A DNA stretch of 63,948 nucleotides, counting the filler. It is 6 parts of 6 records of this genome, joined end to end, with 100 filler letters (N's around TTAATTAATTAA, not from the genome) between each part and the next. Parts side by side here need not be neighbours in the genome. Positions count along the whole stretch, not along the records: positions 1 to 22,978 come from DRR723986_26598; 5 more parts are not named here. One strand, 5' to 3'. Below the pieces are notes generated by a model. It searched no databases, was not told the origin of the DNA, and worked only from the letters and a program-made list of their open reading frames with translations. The position numbers and the translations under genes are program-made. Numbering within the stretch: the stretch's first letter is position 1; each line of letters begins with the position of its first letter. This document shows positions 1-9,900 of this stretch, one piece after another.

Positions 1-3000
1 CCAAACATAGGTAGAAAGAACCTGTCCGGCGGCATCGTAAATATAGTAAGAAGTCGTTGTAGTTGCGCCATTAACTTCGCGTTTGCGTACGCGATTGCCG
101 GCGGCATCGTACAGAAACGAAATCGTGCGCCCACTACCATAGTCAATTTCAGATACCTTACCATTGACAGTCCAGGCAATGTCAAATCCTTCGGCATTGT
201 CGCGCGTAAGATTTCCAATGTCGTCGTACTCATAGTTGCCGGTAGCCTGGCCACCGTTGATATCAACTACCGTATTTGCATTGTTAGGTTCCGGATAATT
301 TCCGTTGGGTGCGCTATCAATAACTCGCTCCAGTCGATTGCTCGCAGCTCCATACTGGTTGGGAACATAACGATACTCAAAGTCATCCATGCGAACCATA
401 TTGCTGCGATCGCCACCTCGCTCAAGCGTCAGCAGGTTGCCATTCGGCGAGTAACTGTAATTCGTACAGAATCGATCGCGCGTTGCTGCGCTGGATGGTT
501 GTGTAAAGAAATAGGCATTTGCAACCTGCCGATCCCAGTGTGCAAACCAATACTCGGCACTGAGTAATCTGTTGAGTACATCATACTCAAAAACGTAGGC
601 CGCCTGTTTGTTGCCAAAACGCAGGTCACCGGCATCAGCGTGGCCCGTTTGCCAAACGGCAATGTTTCCGTTGTACAGCGAACGATTTGCCTGAATAAAT
701 GGATCATCAGGGCCTGCAGTTCCAAATCGCTGTTCCAGTGCACCACTACGACTGTAGTCACCCACGTAGTAGTTAAGCATCATCCCGAAGGCATCATGAG
801 CCGTGCGCTCATTAGCAGATCCGACACCTACGATACCATCCTGACCAGGATCGTGATCCTGCTGTACGGCAGGATGGTTCATGGCTTTGAGCCAACCTTG
901 AATTGTATACACATAGTCCAAGCCCTGGATATTGTCCTCACCCAGTGTTGTGCGTTTAAGTGGACCATGTAAATAGTATTCGTAACGTGCATCGCGATCC
1001 CAGAACTTGCCGTCGTCGGAAGTCCATGCTGAAGTAAGGCGATTATCCTCATCATATGCATAGCGTTGATAGAATTCGTCTGCCAATCCTTCATTATACG
1101 ATAGACACAAGACATTGCCAGAAATCAGATCGTACTCATAACGAACATATTTTTCGCGAATATCCGGAATATCGTTGATTAACCATTCAACATTACCATG
1201 CGGATCATAGGAATACACTACGGTTGCACTACTTGAGCTTTCTTCCGCATTGGAAACTATGTAGGAAACGCGGTTGCGCAAGTAACGCTGTCCAACATTA
1301 CCCAGGTAGCTATAGCCGGGAGCCGGTTCTGTGTAGAAAGTTTGTGTGACTTGCTCAGTCAATAAAGACGGAAAATCGGGATCCCCAATTTGAGTTAGTG
1401 CATTTGTGTAATTGTTGGCTTGGCCAACTTCCACAATACGTCCCAACTCATCGTATTTTGCGTAAGAGTAGTCTGCATTATCTTCTTGCCTGTCATTTTG
1501 CGAGAACCGCAATTGTCCATTGGAGTTGTAGGCAAAGTTTGAAATTCCGCCATCGGGGGTACTACTGGCCAGCAATTCTCCCAGGGAGTTAAATGCATAC
1601 TGCGATGGCATATTATGCCCAGGATTTGCAGTACGTCCCAAAGCAATGTCGTGATATTGAACACCCTCTGGTGGGATCGTCTCTATCAAGTTACCCGCAC
1701 GGTCATAGTAGTACAGGGTAAAGTGATTGTAGTTTAGATCGTAATCTACACTTAGCACTTCTGTGAATGCCTCTGGCGTGGAACACCCCGCTTCATAACG
1801 TTCAGCAAAAACGCGGTAGGCATTATTGACAATATTCTGAATCTGTACTTCAATTTTACGGCGAACAACGGGAATCAAATCTGCCAGGCAGCCCTTGGGT
1901 ATGTGTTTTGTGACATTCGAACTTTCAATGATATCGGTATCAAGGTCTAAAAATCGCAGACAGATTTGCTGACACGTTGATGGACGCTCACATAAATTTT
2001 CGCAGATCCTGATGCCGGTCAAACTTTCACCAATTTGCTGTAAACACTCATATTTTGTCAGCCATTGCTCATCACTCTGTGGTGGAGATTTAGCTAAGGT
2101 TATATAGTCCGGAAAACAAGCAGGTGAAAAGTTCGACAACTCTTCAATGACGAGGTTGCAACCGGCATCTAATTGAAATCTGACTGGGTAAATGTCCAGG
2201 ACTAAGGCATTATGTTTGTCAATCAGAATTTCTTTGAGGTAAAGTACTATGTCAATTGAATGAATTTCTCTTGGAGTCGGCTGACTATTAACAAATTGCC
2301 CAAAACAGCTTTGATTCTGATAAACATTCGTCGTTGCGTTGGTTTCTCCAAGGAAGTCTGCAAACATGGCGTGCAGCTTGTTTTCCATGATGGTTATCAC
2401 TGCTTGGCTAGCCGCAGCTCCGCTGTGCAGATCGTATTGAGCCTGAGCCAAGATGAGGTTGACATCGTCGAGAAACGTGACGATCGCACTTGTAGCTGTA
2501 AAGTCAGAATACGTTCCCAATTCGCGATAGCCAATAGGGCACTCAACTTCACCCTCCATCCATTTTAACTCGAACGGGAAGCCTGAAATCAGTTTGGCCG
2601 CTTCTTCGAGTTCAAGCACTTCGGCCTGACTCTCTTCAACAGTCATGACTTTCAGAGTGTTATCCGATTCATCTGGAGCCAAGGCTGCACAGGCTCGCGT
2701 ACATTCATCGATCAAATCACCGATGATACAGTTTAAGACTAAAGAGTTGATAGTCGCATTCGTACCGAATTGTTCCTGATGTGCGCGCACTGCAGCCAGT
2801 TCAAACTCGTCCCTGCGCTCAACGCAAATATTTGCACATGTTGATTTCCATTCCGCAATTTTAGCAACTCGTTCAACTTCTAATTGGGCCGCCTCCTGCG
2901 GAGTGGGAGCTTTTTTTCCACCACCACGAAGCCAGCAGGTGTAGACATATTCATTAAAGTCTTTCTCTTCCTGAGTAGTTTGCGGGGCACCAAAAGCAGC

Positions 3001-6000
3001 CGTAGCTAAGTCTCTGCAAGCATCATACTGCGCCTCACTATACTCAGCTTTGTTGAACGATTCACTTGCATCAGCGGTAAAAAACTTATAAAACTTCAGG
3101 TAATCATCATCTTGGCTATCGGGAAGCGATGACTCAATTTCACAGAATTCACGACCAGTACAATCCAGAAACAGATCGAGCAAAGAGACACATGTTCCAT
3201 CTGAATAATCTTCGATCCACGTACCCTGAGCTGTTAAATCCAGGTCGACTTTGAAATCTGCCTCGTTATCTCCGTTCTGAAACACCTCGCCAAGATCATT
3301 CTTTTTGACTGTTAATGCAGCAAACTGATCAACGGCATTTGTCCAACAGATCCATAACTCTTCATTGCCATATCCATCTTCGCTCATTTTCCCGAGCATT
3401 TGCTCAAGCGTACTTTCAGTTAAGTACGTCGGATAAGCAGGGTGCTTCTGCGGATGGATTCCGTCGCCACAGCTTATCGAGAAATACTGGGAAAAATTTT
3501 GCGGGTATTTATCACCAGTACCATCAGTTGGATTGTCCCCCCACGATTCAAAAGGTATTTTTTCTTCGATATAGGCGACATATTGTTGAAAACTGCGTTC
3601 AAAGCCACATGATTCAACAGGAACTGTAATACTGCCACAGTCTGTACTTAGATTGTTACCTCCAAATTCCTGTTGTAGCCAGGCATACATGTCGTCCAGT
3701 GAGGTTATGGTTTCCAGCGCTTCCGCAGAAAGATATTCCTCCAAGAGTCTGTCAACGCCGTAGTATTCGTCATTAACTGCATCGTACTTCAGACTGTTAA
3801 AGTCACTGCGAATTCCATCATCAATAGCCTGTCTGTACCAACTTAAATGTGATTGGTTTAGCGTTTCTCCATTCGCAAAGTGTGCATCCTCACGATTCGT
3901 ATTTGATTGTATCGTTCTATCAATACGATATGAACCTGCAGGTACATCTTCCACCTCCCAATGTCCACCACGAGAAGTTCCGGCGGCACAGGTTTGCCCG
4001 TTGAGTATGGCAGCTATGTCTTCTGGTCCTATTGTTAATGTAGTCGACCATTCAACAACACAAGTCAGCTGATTAATCAGTTTAATTTCGATGTTAAAAT
4101 CACAAACTGTACACAAATCCAGACAGAACAAACTAACCGTAGCAGCTGTAATTCCATAATCAACTTTAACGTTGCCCGGACCAGATAGAATGATCGTTTT
4201 TCCCGTATTCCACGTATGTGCATCAAGCTGAATATCTACCGGCAGAATATCTTCCGGCATATTGGGGTCAATGATGTCTTCAGTAAAACCACCATTTGGA
4301 TACATTCCTGGGTCGCTGACGGCGTCTAGCTGATGTAAGGGAAAGTTAGAATCCCCCACTACCATCCCTGAAGCAATGACCTGACCAGACTTGTTAATAT
4401 ATTGTACGGTTGCGGTACTATTTGGATCTGAGCTAATTATTTTGGCTACCGAGGATTTGTGCGGTGCTTCATCACCAAACAGCCTGATTAACTCTTCCTC
4501 AGATGCAGAGCCATAAAAGGTCTGCGTGGTATGTCCTCCGCCAATTGCATGTGCGGCACCTGGGCCACCTGATTCAATAACTCGGTTGGTTCCATCTGAG
4601 AGATATATGCTTCGGGAATATGGATATCCTTCCGCACTCGGTACCCAGTCGTCATCGAATCCCGGATCTGCATCGGAATAGTATTCAATCAGGGCACCAC
4701 CATCGGCTGGAGTCGGTGCCTCAAATGTGGATATGGAAGCACCCGTATCGTCAAAATGTTGCTCGTCATATCGTGCTCCGCCTACGGACAGAAAGTCTAC
4801 GCGGGGCAAATAGCTCAGTGCATTACTAGTCACAGATGCCTGGACAGGTGCTGCCAGCGTTTGCAGTGCGGGACGTCCTGAATAGTCATACAGCACTTGT
4901 GAGACAATGCGCTGATCCTGAGAAATCAGCCGCCTCTGGGTTTGTTCACCCTGCAACAATTCGGAGGCAAACTGGAGCCCCTCGGAAAGTTTGCCATCTT
5001 CAGCAAACTGCCGACTAAAGGACCAGTTGCGGTCGTTCTCAAGCCCCTCATAGAAGAAGACACCTTTACGGGCAACCGGCAAATTTCCAGTCTCATCCAG
5101 CGTTATGATGCCTTCGGCATCCACAGGCGGAGTCAATGACCAACGCCCCCAGTTTAACGGGTTTGCCACACCTCCCGGAAACGCATTGCCAATTGGGCGA
5201 ACTCTCCACAAATAGAAACCACGTCCTTCTGCAAGCGTAAATTCAATCTCGGCATTTGTTGACTCCAACGTAAGTGCCTGCTTCCAGTCTACCAACGCCG
5301 AAACCGTTAACTCATTCGTTGTACCAGAGGTAGAACGATTATACAGCCTCAGCATCTGAAATTGATATGACGGAAAGTTAGAAGCACAGGTAATACTCCC
5401 CCATGTAAACTGAACTGGATTCGCCACAACATTGGTCGTCGCTGGGTTCATTGCCTGGACTAGTCGCGCAGCGCCAACCTCCGTTGGAAACAGTGGTTCC
5501 CCAGTTGCACGCCCTCCGTTAGCGAACTCATACTCCACCCAACATCGCAAACGCAACCGATCTGTAACTACAATAGATCCAGATGTCGTCATCCCAGTCA
5601 CAGTCACTTTAGCGTATAGTGGAGCCAGCGTAGAGAATGTACTTATAGATGCAAGAATGTCCGACCGGTGCTGAATTTCAGGCACATTTTCATCGATTGT
5701 TAAATTGCACGTTGTGGAATACAGCCCACTTCCATAGTTACTGGTCGAAATGTACTCATGGAGGTTAACATTTAGTGATAGTGATTGCACGGTTGCACTG
5801 GTACCCAGCTCAAAATCTTCACCAAAATCAAATTGTAGAACCAAAGTAGCAGCGGTGTATACTTCTGTCCCGCATAAACTCCAACTCAGACCGGCATCAC
5901 CAAGCAGAATTTGCCCAAAATCACCACCGACGGATTGACTGGCTGCGCTGCTAAGAGTCGCAAACGTCATGGTGTAAACAGGAACAGTTGCCGGAGGTTG

Positions 6001-6222
6001 TACGTACGCCTGAATCAAGTCCGTGTTCGGTCCCTTACCAGAGGCGGTTGTCACCCCGAATGCAAATATCAATGCGAAAATACTAAGAAGAAAGGCACGG
6101 GATTGTAGAGTATATTCAACTTGCATATTTCTAGTCTCGGACAAACAAGAGACAGCCTTTTTCCAGATGTATTGGAAACTGCTCGTGATCATAATGTTAA
6201 TTGTGACAGGGAAACGGTCCAT
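1..6222 (-). CDS. Giant RHS/YD-repeat protein (>2040 aa), C-terminus truncated by the window edge; not in the ORF track
   Basis: Hand translation of segments of one minus frame. In-frame ATGs at 6222, 6192 and 6126 lead to a signal-peptide-like MQVEYTLQSRAFLLSIFALIFAFGVTTASG. RHS motifs follow: LYDYSGRPALQTLAAP, FTLYYYDRAGNLIETIPPEGV, TPDGGISNFAYNSNGQLRFSQN, YDELGRIVEVG, YSYDPHGNV, YEYDLISGNV, IQGLDYVYTIQGWLKAMN, YDAAGNRVRK...YYIYDAAGQVLSTYVW at base 1. The track lists no closed ORF in this frame, consistent with no stop. Confidence 0.93.
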   Translation of the reverse strand, partial: MDRFPVTINIMITSSFQYIWKKAVSCLSETRNMQVEYTLQSRAFLLSIFALIFAFGVTTASGKGPNTDLIQAYVQPPATVPVYTMTFATLSSAASQSVGGDFGQILLGDAGLSWSLCGTEVYTAATLVLQFDFGEDFELGTSATVQSLSLNVNLHEYISTSNYGSGLYSTTCNLTIDENVPEIQHRSDILASISTFSTLAPLYAKVTVTGMTTSGSIVVTDRLRLRCWVEYEFANGGRATGEPLFPTEVGAARLVQAMNPATTNVVANPVQFTWGSITCASNFPSYQFQMLRLYNRSTSGTTNELTVSALVDWKQALTLESTNAEIEFTLAEGRGFYLWRVRPIGNAFPGGVANPLNWGRWSLTPPVDAEGIITLDETGNLPVARKGVFFYEGLENDRNWSFSRQFAEDGKLSEGLQFASELLQGEQTQRRLISQDQRIVSQVLYDYSGRPALQTLAAPVQASVTSNALSYLPRVDFLSVGGARYDEQHFDDTGASISTFEAPTPADGGALIEYYSDADPGFDDDWVPSAEGYPYSRSIYLSDGTNRVIESGGPGAAHAIGGGHTTQTFYGSASEEELIRLFGDEAPHKSSVAKIISSDPNSTATVQYINKSGQVIASGMVVGDSNFPLHQLDAVSDPGMYPNGGFTEDIIDPNMPEDILPVDIQLDAHTWNTGKTIILSGPGNVKVDYGITAATVSLFCLDLCTVCDFNIEIKLINQLTCVVEWSTTLTIGPEDIAAILNGQTCAAGTSRGGHWEVEDVPAGSYRIDRTIQSNTNREDAHFANGETLNQSHLSWYRQAIDDGIRSDFNSLKYDAVNDEYYGVDRLLEEYLSAEALETITSLDDMYAWLQQEFGGNNLSTDCGSITVPVESCGFERSFQQYVAYIEEKIPFESWGDNPTDGTGDKYPQNFSQYFSISCGDGIHPQKHPAYPTYLTESTLEQMLGKMSEDGYGNEELWICWTNAVDQFAALTVKKNDLGEVFQNGDNEADFKVDLDLTAQGTWIEDYSDGTCVSLLDLFLDCTGREFCEIESSLPDSQDDDYLKFYKFFTADASESFNKAEYSEAQYDACRDLATAAFGAPQTTQEEKDFNEYVYTCWLRGGGKKAPTPQEAAQLEVERVAKIAEWKSTCANICVERRDEFELAAVRAHQEQFGTNATINSLVLNCIIGDLIDECTRACAALAPDESDNTLKVMTVEESQAEVLELEEAAKLISGFPFELKWMEGEVECPIGYRELGTYSDFTATSAIVTFLDDVNLILAQAQYDLHSGAAASQAVITIMENKLHAMFADFLGETNATTNVYQNQSCFGQFVNSQPTPREIHSIDIVLYLKEILIDKHNALVLDIYPVRFQLDAGCNLVIEELSNFSPACFPDYITLAKSPPQSDEQWLTKYECLQQIGESLTGIRICENLCERPSTCQQICLRFLDLDTDIIESSNVTKHIPKGCLADLIPVVRRKIEVQIQNIVNNAYRVFAERYEAGCSTPEAFTEVLSVDYDLNYNHFTLYYYDRAGNLIETIPPEGVQYHDIALGRTANPGHNMPSQYAFNSLGELLASSTPDGGISNFAYNSNGQLRFSQNDRQEDNADYSYAKYDELGRIVEVGQANNYTNALTQIGDPDFPSLLTEQVTQTFYTEPAPGYSYLGNVGQRYLRNRVSYIVSNAEESSSSATVVYSYDPHGNVEWLINDIPDIREKYVRYEYDLISGNVLCLSYNEGLADEFYQRYAYDEDNRLTSAWTSDDGKFWDRDARYEYYLHGPLKRTTLGEDNIQGLDYVYTIQGWLKAMNHPAVQQDHDPGQDGIVGVGSANERTAHDAFGMMLNYYVGDYSRSGALEQRFGTAGPDDPFIQANRSLYNGNIAVWQTGHADAGDLRFGNKQAAYVFEYDVLNRLLSAEYWFAHWDRQVANAYFFTQPSSAATRDRFCTNYSYSPNGNLLTLERGGDRSNMVRMDDFEYRYVPNQYGAASNRLERVIDSAPNGNYPEPNNANTVVDINGGQATGNYEYDDIGNLTRDNAEGFDIAWTVNGKVSEIDYGSGRTISFLYDAAGNRVRKREVNGATTTTSYYIYDAAGQVLSTYVW

Positions 6223-6241
6223 AGCGATCTATGTGCGAAGT

Positions 6242-6991
6242 TCATTTGCTGTTTCGCAAATCTAGTAGCTTCCATGATGCATACGTTTCGGTTACGATCC
6301 CGTCCGTGTCAACCACTTGTGTTAACAAGTCAGGGATCGAATCTGGTAGATTTTCACTCAGGGAGATAGTCAAATCACTCCAACTCATTGAGCGAATGCG
6401 ATTATCGAGGGGATAGCCAAATTCGACTGCTGCAATAGAAGAGTCTGTAACGTTTATGTCGTAGCGGATGCTATTAACACCACCATGGGTATTCCCAGCA
6501 TTTTTCTTAGCAGAACTCAACTGCAACAGGTAAGACCGCATCGCAATGCCTTCATCATCTTCCCAGTCTCGTCGCTCTACAATGAAAAAGTCTTCTGGAT
6601 TCAGCTCAAACAAGGATGATTTGAGAAAGGCAATACTCGATTCAAATGTCTTGCCATTGACATTCCGCAGAACAATTTCTTTGTCTTCATTTGCCAGAGA
6701 AACGGAAAGCGCCTCGCCCTGGACAGAAGTTACCTGAGGACTTTGCATTGCAAGCACATCCTCCGAATAGAACACCTCAACTGCTCCCGTGTAGTCAAGT
6801 CCTTCGGAAACGTCCCGTCCCTTTACGGCCAGTTCATACCGCAAATGCACACCAGACTGTTTCGTCAGCTTTGTCATATTTTCCAGACTTGTCGCCAGGA
6901 ATTGCTGGTCTTGCTTACTTGGGAGCTGCTGCCCAAAGGCACAAACACAAAGACTACAAGTCAGGACAATTCCTATTGTTAACCCTATCAT
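6242..6991 (-). CDS. Exported hypothetical protein, possibly LolA/LppX-like beta fold
   Basis: 249-aa ORF with an N-terminal signal peptide. It starts immediately after the stop of the 2483-aa gene. The helix-then-beta-strand pattern suggests the fold, which is inference only. Confidence 0.75.
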   Translation of the reverse strand: MIGLTIGIVLTCSLCVCAFGQQLPSKQDQQFLATSLENMTKLTKQSGVHLRYELAVKGRDVSEGLDYTGAVEVFYSEDVLAMQSPQVTSVQGEALSVSLANEDKEIVLRNVNGKTFESSIAFLKSSLFELNPEDFFIVERRDWEDDEGIAMRSYLLQLSSAKKNAGNTHGGVNSIRYDINVTDSSIAAVEFGYPLDNRIRSMSWSDLTISLSENLPDSIPDLLTQVVDTDGIVTETYASWKLLDLRNSK

Positions 6992-9900
6992 CTAGAGCCC
7001 CTTTCTTGACTTGAGTGAATCAGTTTGACTATCGTCTGCGCCTTCGATTTCTTGCACATTAAAAGGTATCAGAGAGTCAGGAAGTGAGAAGGTTCTGTTA
7101 AAGTCAAAATCAGACCCGCCACTACGTTGCCCTCGCTGGGGTTGCTGTTTCCAATTTTTGGTTCCCAGGCCAGGGTGTGCTTGCAAACTCGGATCCAGAA
7201 GCGGTTGGCCCTGGTCGATTAACATACCAGCAAAACCAGCACCCCGATCTTGCTTTGGTGTATGATAGTGACTCTCAGAGATTGTCATGAGCCCACGCTC
7301 CGTCTCGCGAACTTGACGGATAAGTTGTCCTTTACCATTGTATTGATAGAAGCTGCCGAAGTGTTGGTCATCAAAAACTGCGACGACCTGATAGTTAAAT
7401 GGATCGTAAACCCACGTTGACATTTCGGCATCTAATGGTTGTACTCGAATATCATCCATGAGTACAGTCCGATTTCCTGGGATATCAACTTTGATATTGG
7501 CAGTCGTTGGCAAGGTTACCCCCAGGGCAGTCCCCGGCTCGAGTCTCGTCTCGTACAGGGCCCATTCGCCGGTTCGTGCAATCTCGCTCAAATTGGTGAG
7601 TGAAATAGTACTACCACCGGTTATCACAAGTTCTCCGGCAGCCAGGCCATCCAGTGACTCATATTCAGAGTCTAGGGCCCAAAACCTGACTAAGAATCCT
7701 CGTTCGTTTAAGCGCTGGTCTATTGGATAACTGTACACCGTATATGGAAGGTCCGACAAATTCCAGGACCAATTTCCTGCATGCGCAGTACCTGGCTTTA
7801 GTCCAAAATTACTTGTGACAAAGCCATGGTCTTCAAAACTGTTGAAATGGCAATCGGCATTACGTGCATTTTGGGCAAGCAGAACCGGGAGCATCTCATC
7901 ATATCCAAACTGGGCTGCACTTGGAATTCCCAGGATATTAACTTCTTCAAGAGCTTCTCCATTGCTGGAGTAGTCCATGACTGTGTTTAACTTCAGCCAT
8001 CCATTTGCAATATTGACTGAAGAATTCGGTGGCTCAAATGGATGGAAGTTATCATACATTCCAGTATTCCAGGTGCGAGTCCCGGAAGTATGGACATCCC
8101 CCGCCATATTAACATTTATTGTTGGAGCTCGATAGACCCAGGTCTCGTGTGGCCGCCAGCGACCACGCTGACCTGTATCAAACACATTATCTGAGTAGAA
8201 TATGCCGGAGTGTGTTTCCATAAAGTTACCCCAGTCATCGCTATATGTCATGGCAGATGCTGCAACTACGGTGCCAGCATAGCTAGCCGGCCCGGCGTTG
8301 CGAAGAGCACTGGGGAATTCCACTTCATCATTAACAAACTCCAAGGCAGAAATATTTATTGGCGCAGAGTCTCCGTGAGAATAGTAAACCAACTGTCCAT
8401 CATCGTCAATCTCAAAATGCCCTGGCCCGGTCGATCTGCGCGTAATAGTCTGAGTCATTCCTGAATGATTGTCAGCAAGAGTTGTCTCATTCAGATACTT
8501 GGTAAAACTCAAGTTATATCTGTGCAAAACATTGCTTTCCCCCAAATCATTCTCCAATAGTAGGCGAAATGCCAATTGTCCGGAGTTTAACATCTCAAAT
8601 CGGCCCACATTATCAGAGACAAACGAGTTCGAAGACTGGTTAACATCAAATAGTTGCTGATAGGTAGCCGTAGTCGTCCCTTGAAAACCTGCCATGCCTC
8701 CCACGTTAGCGGATAGTGCTGCCAAGTTTCCATCCGTATCAGGTATAAAGCCCCATTCCAGCAAACAGTTTTGTGCAGTGCCGCTCCCGCTGTGGGCATA
8801 CATGCGCAACAATGGAGTGTTTGCCGAACCATAGCGTAGTGCCATACTAGACAGCACCTGTATATCACTGTACGATGTTAATTCATGGAAAACAGCTTGG
8901 TCATCATCAAATGGTGCCGGACCAAGAGAATTTGAAAATTCGATTTCCAAATCTTCAAGTTGTTTTGTTCCGCTGGGAGTTCCTTTGACGCAAATACCGG
9001 TAAGATGATTCTTCAGATCATCAGCCCAATTGGCTTGAATGTCGTTTTGGAGCGACTGTACACTTGAATTTGTTAAATCCGCATTAATTTCATGCACAAC
9101 AGTTCCGCAAACGTTTGAAGTCTGGGTTCCCATCACATCGGATGCCGCAGCCCTACCCCATGAATTATTCAGAATCGCGTTTAGATGATCTACAGCTGGA
9201 TGCGGATCATCCTGCCAGCCACAAACTTGTCTGCGCGAGTCGACCGTCATTTTTGTGGGATCATTTTCATCAATATCAAAGAGTATTCCATACTCTCCTT
9301 CCCAACGAGAGTCATTAATCCCTATACTATCTTCATGGAACAATTCCTTGTCAATTCGGATACCTCCAGGAGGCATTTGCCAGTGTTCCAAGGTCATATC
9401 CTTCCCATGCGGCAACTGATTGTTTAAGATGTCGGCAATTGACTGGCGCCTGTATAACTCAGCAGACCACGCGAGTGACGATGATTTGTCTTCGCCATAA
9501 GTTGTGAATGTTGCGTAGTTCGCAGTAAGATTGTTTACACGGTCAACATTGAGAATCCGAATCTTTTTGACGTCAGTTGTACCTGCAGCGGGAATCGTAT
9601 TATCTGTATCTTCAAGGTCAATAGTGATTATACCGCCACTAGGCCCGATGACTTCAGAGACTAACAATTCTTCTGTTATATCATTCAAATACGTAAGCTC
9701 AATCAGATATCCTTCACGAAATTTGGATTGTCCTTCTGCACGGAGTTCAGCCGAGCCATTCGAAAGTTTCAATGCTCGAGTAGTGCTTGTGATACCAGTA
9801 TTTACGTCAATATGAACAGTGTTTTGCATTTTTCCGGTTAACAATGCCGGGTTTGCAGTTCCAGTTTCCTCTAAGAGCAAAGTATTATGGTATCTCCCCA

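Noticed and set aside
429-6416. Many short ORFs on both strands over 1-6400
   Set aside because: Shadows of the unlisted giant RHS frame and the 249-aa gene.
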